64,000 nt of DNA, from positions 40,210-104,209 of the forward strand of contig NW_021832134.1 in the NCBI RefSeq assembly GCF_006345805.1. The letters run 5' to 3'. The notes under the pieces were generated by a model that was not told where the DNA came from, ran no database searches, and saw only the letters and a program-made list of their open reading frames with translations. Position numbers and translations under genes: made by a program. Source of the stretch: Octopus sinensis. Taxonomy: Eukaryota. Below are positions 59,308 to 64,000 of this stretch, one piece after another (the stretch's first letter is position 1; every line of letters starts with the position of its first letter).

Positions 59308-59350
<43 letters not shown>

Positions 59351-59469
59351 TTGTTGTTTCCTTGATACATTATTTTGTAATACGATATAATTTTTGTGAT
59401 ATATATATACATATATACATATATATACATACATATATACATATATATATACACATATATATATACATA

Positions 59470-59523
<54 letters not shown>

Positions 59524-59645
59524 TTGTTGTTTCCTTGATACATTTATTTTGTAATACGATATATAATTTTTTGTTTTGTTATATATATTATATATATATA
59601 TATATCAAAGAACAAAAAAGTGACGTACACCGTCTATATATATAT

Positions 59646-59689
<44 letters not shown>

Positions 59690-59690
<1 letters not shown>

Positions 59691-59812
59691 CAAAACGGGA
59701 AACAAAACATCTAGATCGACGATACAAAAAAAAAGGACGGGTCATTCGAAGCTTTCTATACTCAGTCAAGGAACCGGATCATCCTTGCAATTTCGGCTGA
59801 TTAATCTTGAAT
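59690..59812. mobile_element. Family D fragment
   Basis: Reverse complement of 44005-44140. TA tracts on both sides. Confidence 0.7.
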
Positions 59813-59817
59813 ATACT

Positions 59818-59896
<79 letters not shown>

Positions 59897-59945
59897 TATA
59901 TATAATATATGTATATACATATGTATATATATATGTATATATATA

Positions 59946-60004
<59 letters not shown>

Positions 60005-60033
60005 AAAAAGGAGATGTCGAACACGAGTGGTGA

Positions 60034-61442
60034 TATATAAAAAAGGAAATGAGGAAAATGCTGACAATAATTGAAGTAATTTAAGTAATTTAATTACGTG
60101 GAAGTTCTTTTTACCGGTTGCGCATTTGTTATGCTTATCAAAACATAAAAGAGAGATTAGAGTCTGTCTCTTATATGTGAAAAAAAAGAGGCTCCAGAGT
60201 TGTTTGGATTTGCTTGGTTTCGCGCCTAAAATTTTGATTGGTCATTATGAAGGGGTCACGTGAATGTTTGAATGGAAGTTGGTGTTGGGGTAAGAAAAAA
60301 GGCTCCAGAGAAGTTAAAATTTGGCTAGTGTCCCGCCTAAAATTTCTTATTGGCCATAATAAAGAGGTCACGTGAATGTTTAGAATTTTCGAAAATAGTG
60401 TTGTTGAAAATTCTTGCATGACTGTCCACAGATCCCAAATAAAAATACAGGAATATAGAAAAATAGCATTTAGTGCACATATGATACCTGTGCCGCACAA
60501 CTCCATCCCAATTTTAGAATCTTTCCCTCTACAATTTAAAGACAATGCCACTCATACCCAGCGAATAAACCATGGAATCCCACCTTATTAATAAATACAG
60601 ACCACTTCTAAACACATGCCCCTAACACGAACCCACAACAAACACACTTACACCTGCACACACCCTACACACACCTTTACCCAGATATTAACACCATGAC
60701 ACACACAAATATATGGTTCCACAGATACACATAATTGAATACGGGTGTGCAAAACATCCAACACTATTTTTTGGAAATGGCTGTAAATATTGACTTCACA
60801 CAAATACGTTGCTTCCCGATACAGGCACAAGGCCAGCAGAACTATAAAATTGAAAATTGTACCCACACACACACACATATATACACGCGCGCGCGCCCAA
60901 ACATAATATAAACACACACACGCGCGGCGCGCGCGCACAACACATACGTACATACAGCTCTCCCTGTTCTAAACGAACTTACTTATCCAGTCAAGCGGAA
61001 AATACACTCCCTAACTACGCACTAAAAAGCTATTTAAAATATCCAATGACGTCTACTGACCAGCCGGAACAATAAGAATTTTCAACAACACTATTTTCGA
61101 AAATTCTAAACATTCACGTGACCTCTTTATTATGGCCAATAAGAAATTTTAGGCGGGACACTAGCCAAATTTTAACTTCTCTGGAGCCTTTTTCTTACCC
61201 CAACACCAACTTCCATTCAAACATTCACGTGACCCCTTCATAATGACCAATCAAAATTTTAGGCGCGAAACCAAGCAAATCCAAAACAACTCTGGAGCCT
61301 CTTTTTTTCACATATAAGAGACAGACTCTAATCTCTCTTTATATTTTGATAAGCATAACAAATGCGCAACCGGTAAAAAGAAATTCCACCTAATAAATTA
61401 CTTAAAACTTCAATTATTTGTCAGCATTTTCCTCATTTCCTT

Positions 61443-61449
<7 letters not shown>
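60034..61449. mobile_element. Foldback-type element with ~380-bp near-perfect inverted arms
   Basis: Left arm 60034-60415 is the reverse complement of 61074-61449. 658-bp non-coding spacer. TA at both outer ends. Confidence 0.88.
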
Positions 61450-61495
<46 letters not shown>

Positions 61496-61897
61496 TTGTA
61501 TAAAACCAATTCAGTTCTAAGTTATAATCTTATATATATATACGTACACGTACACATTTGAAAAACACCAGTAAAGAGTGTCAGTTTTATATTCATTTCT
61601 ATAGGTGTTTTAATAAGCTTTATATCATCAGAATTACGAAACAAATTATGTCAAAACGCTGTCGAAAGGGAGACATTTTCGAACGTTAATAGAATGCAAA
61701 ATTGCTCTTTTCTAGTTTGAAAAGTCGTGAAAAAAATAATGCAAAATAGACAACAGAATTAGAACTTGAGGTTAGTATGTCACTATAAGAATTCACAACT
61801 TATCACATCTCTCAAGTATTATATTGCATAGCAATATAGTTATCCCCCGCTCAATAAAACTGTATGACACTATACATCCAAGAATCAAAATGAGTGT

Positions 61898-61928
<31 letters not shown>

Positions 61929-62187
61929 ATGTGTGTGCATGTTTGTAAAGATATATATGCGTGTGTGCGTGTGTATGTGCCTACAAGAGTATACATATAT
62001 GTGTGTATTTATATATGGATGTATATATGTGTACATAATTATTATGTTGCATATATATATATATATATATATAGCTCTTGATATCTGTGCATGAATTTTG
62101 TATATGTATATATATATATATATATAATAATATATATATATATAATATATATATATAATATATAATATATATATATACTATATATAT

Positions 62188-62229
<42 letters not shown>

Positions 62230-62807
62230 TATTGTTCATGTCTAAATGTGTATATGCGTGTTTACAAGTGATATGTGCACATGTATATTTGTGTATTTTT
62301 TATGGCTAAGCATTATACGTATGTATATATATACATATATATATGTATATATATATATATATATTATATATATATATATGCATATATATACACATATATA
62401 CATCCATATATAAATACACACATATATGTATACTCTTATAGGCACATACACACACACGCACACACATATATATATTTACAAACATACACTCACATACATA
62501 CACATGCACACCCATTACTTACGCGTTCGGAGAGTTTGTTTTTCGAACGTAAATTTGCTACGGGGAAAATTCAAATATTTCGTGCATCACTGCATGAGTA
62601 AACTAATTTAAATTAATTAAATACATTGGAAGATCGTATACGGATGTCATGTTTAAATAACTCACAATTTTTTCATGTTATTTGCTACGATTTTCCAGCT
62701 TTTCTTCAAGGTTTTTTTCCAGCCTGTATTTTTATTTAAGTTGGTCGCAAACCCTGACCTTGATGTAAATAATTTAAATTCAACGTGAGTGGTAAGACTA
62801 ATGTTTA

Positions 62808-63340
62808 TAATAATAATAATAATAATAATATAATGATATATAATGAAATTATTGTATACAGTGCTCAGGTGCACCACAACTTGTCAAAAGTGCGTATAAA
62901 ATATATGCAGTAATGTACAAATGTTTGGAAAGTGAACAGTGTGTGAGTCAGATACATGCTTGCCTGTAAATGGAGAGGAGAAAATCAGGTGTAGCGTTGG
63001 CGAATCTCAGGAAGCATGGAAGTTTTGAAGGATGCAGTGCTCCGACAACTAACAACTGATGTCGGCAGTCTGTTCCATGCTTCAGCAACTCTTAGCGTGA
63101 AAAAATGTTTCTGAAAGTCATGGGAGCTGTGCTGTTTTCTGACTTTGTAAACATGTCCACGGGTGTTAGACAGGTGGAGTTTGAAAAGGTGCTCAGAGTT
63201 ATTGTTTGTAAGATGGTTAATAATTTTATGAGTGTCTGCCAAGTCAGCTGCCAGACGTTGGAGTTTCAATGTGTCCATGTCCAGGGAAGTAAGGCGTTCA
63301 GAATATGGCAAATGCCTGATGGAGGGTATTCTCTTATAGT
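62808..63340 (-). mobile_element. 3' end of CR1-group LINE with (TTA)n tail
   Basis: LPYSERL..L.MDTLKLQRL..DL..THKI..NTRGH.YK..FFTLRV..AWNRLP..VV..FK is the CR1 ORF2 C-terminus, followed by a short 3' UTR and (TTA)n. Confidence 0.85.
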
Positions 63341-63399
63341 TAATGTAGTCTAAATACACCAATTTGAAGATGGAAAATGCGGAAGGTAAAGCTTTACTG

Positions 63400-63490
63400 G
63401 CATGAGCAAGTCTGTGTAGTTAAGAACCTCGCTTTGCAGGTGATTTCGGTTTCAATTACACAGCTTGGGCAAGTGTCTTCTACTATAGTA
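63400..63490 (+). mobile_element. SINE family B head fragment
   Basis: cttgggcaagtgtcttctactatag. Confidence 0.6.
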
Positions 63491-63492
63491 AC

Positions 63493-64000
63493 TTTATTGA
63501 CGTCCTTCTTAAACCTATTCTCCAACATATAACGAGCTTTATACAGGATGATCTGGACATTTTAAACCATCTTCCGAACAAAACCAGCAAGGACTCACTC
63601 CTCGTTTCATTCGATGTCATAAACTTGTATACCTCGATTCTTCACGAATACGGAATGATAGCCATACAATACTGTCTGGAAAAATTCCCAAATGACATTC
63701 CTGACCGCACTGGAAAAGAATTCCTCGTTGAAGGAATAAAATTCATCCTACAGAACAACTTCTTCAATTTCAACGAAAACACTTATCGACAAAAATCGGG
63801 TACGGCGATGGGAACAAAGGTAGCGCCTACTTTTTCCAACTTTGTCATAGCATACTTGGAAGTCCAAATATACGAACACGCTAGATTGAAATTTGGAGAC
63901 AAATTCCGAAATTCTTACCAACTAGAAATGCTACCTGAATGACTGTTTTATCCTCTGGCCACATAACCTTGAACAACTCTCACAATTTAAAATCTTAATC
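63493..64000 (+). mobile_element. Penelope-like reverse transcriptase fragment (runs off the window)
   Basis: FIDVLLKPIL..SFIQD..LVSFDVINLYTSI..LQNNFFNF..YRQKSGTAMGTKVAP is the PLE RT signature. Confidence 0.85.

Larger units (their letters stand above)
56493..59580. repeat. Microsatellite-interrupted inverted duplication
   Basis: 56493-56552 matches the reverse complement of 59521-59580 and 59349-59400. 57271-57390 matches the reverse complement of 59078-59195. Confidence 0.85.

Overview
Very AT-rich, microsatellite-saturated animal DNA, probably intronic or intergenic. The SINE repertoire and repeat landscape point to an octopus genome (inference from remembered repeat families, not a database search). 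No intact host gene or confident exon was found. Most of the supplied ORFs are translations of (TA)n, (CA)n, (TATG)n or (TTA)n tracts. Identifiable content: two R4/Dong-type restriction-like-endonuclease (RLE) non-LTR retrotransposons sitting in (TAA)n, one apparently full length; three fragments of a different RLE family that all sit in (CATA)n; Penelope-like, Tx1/L1, CR1 and Tc1/mariner relics; about 30 tRNA-derived SINE copies with interchangeable 3' modules; a family of repeat termini carrying minimal hammerhead-ribozyme motifs; a 1.4-kb foldback element with ~380-bp inverted arms; and several local tandem or inverted duplications. The most interesting theme is that different retroelement families appear partitioned among microsatellite motifs (TAA, CATA, ATGT, CAG, TA), with a candidate (CATA)n-specific RLE retrotransposon. 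All coordinates were read by eye and may be off by a few bases. Single-base indels in homopolymers suggest residual long-read consensus errors.
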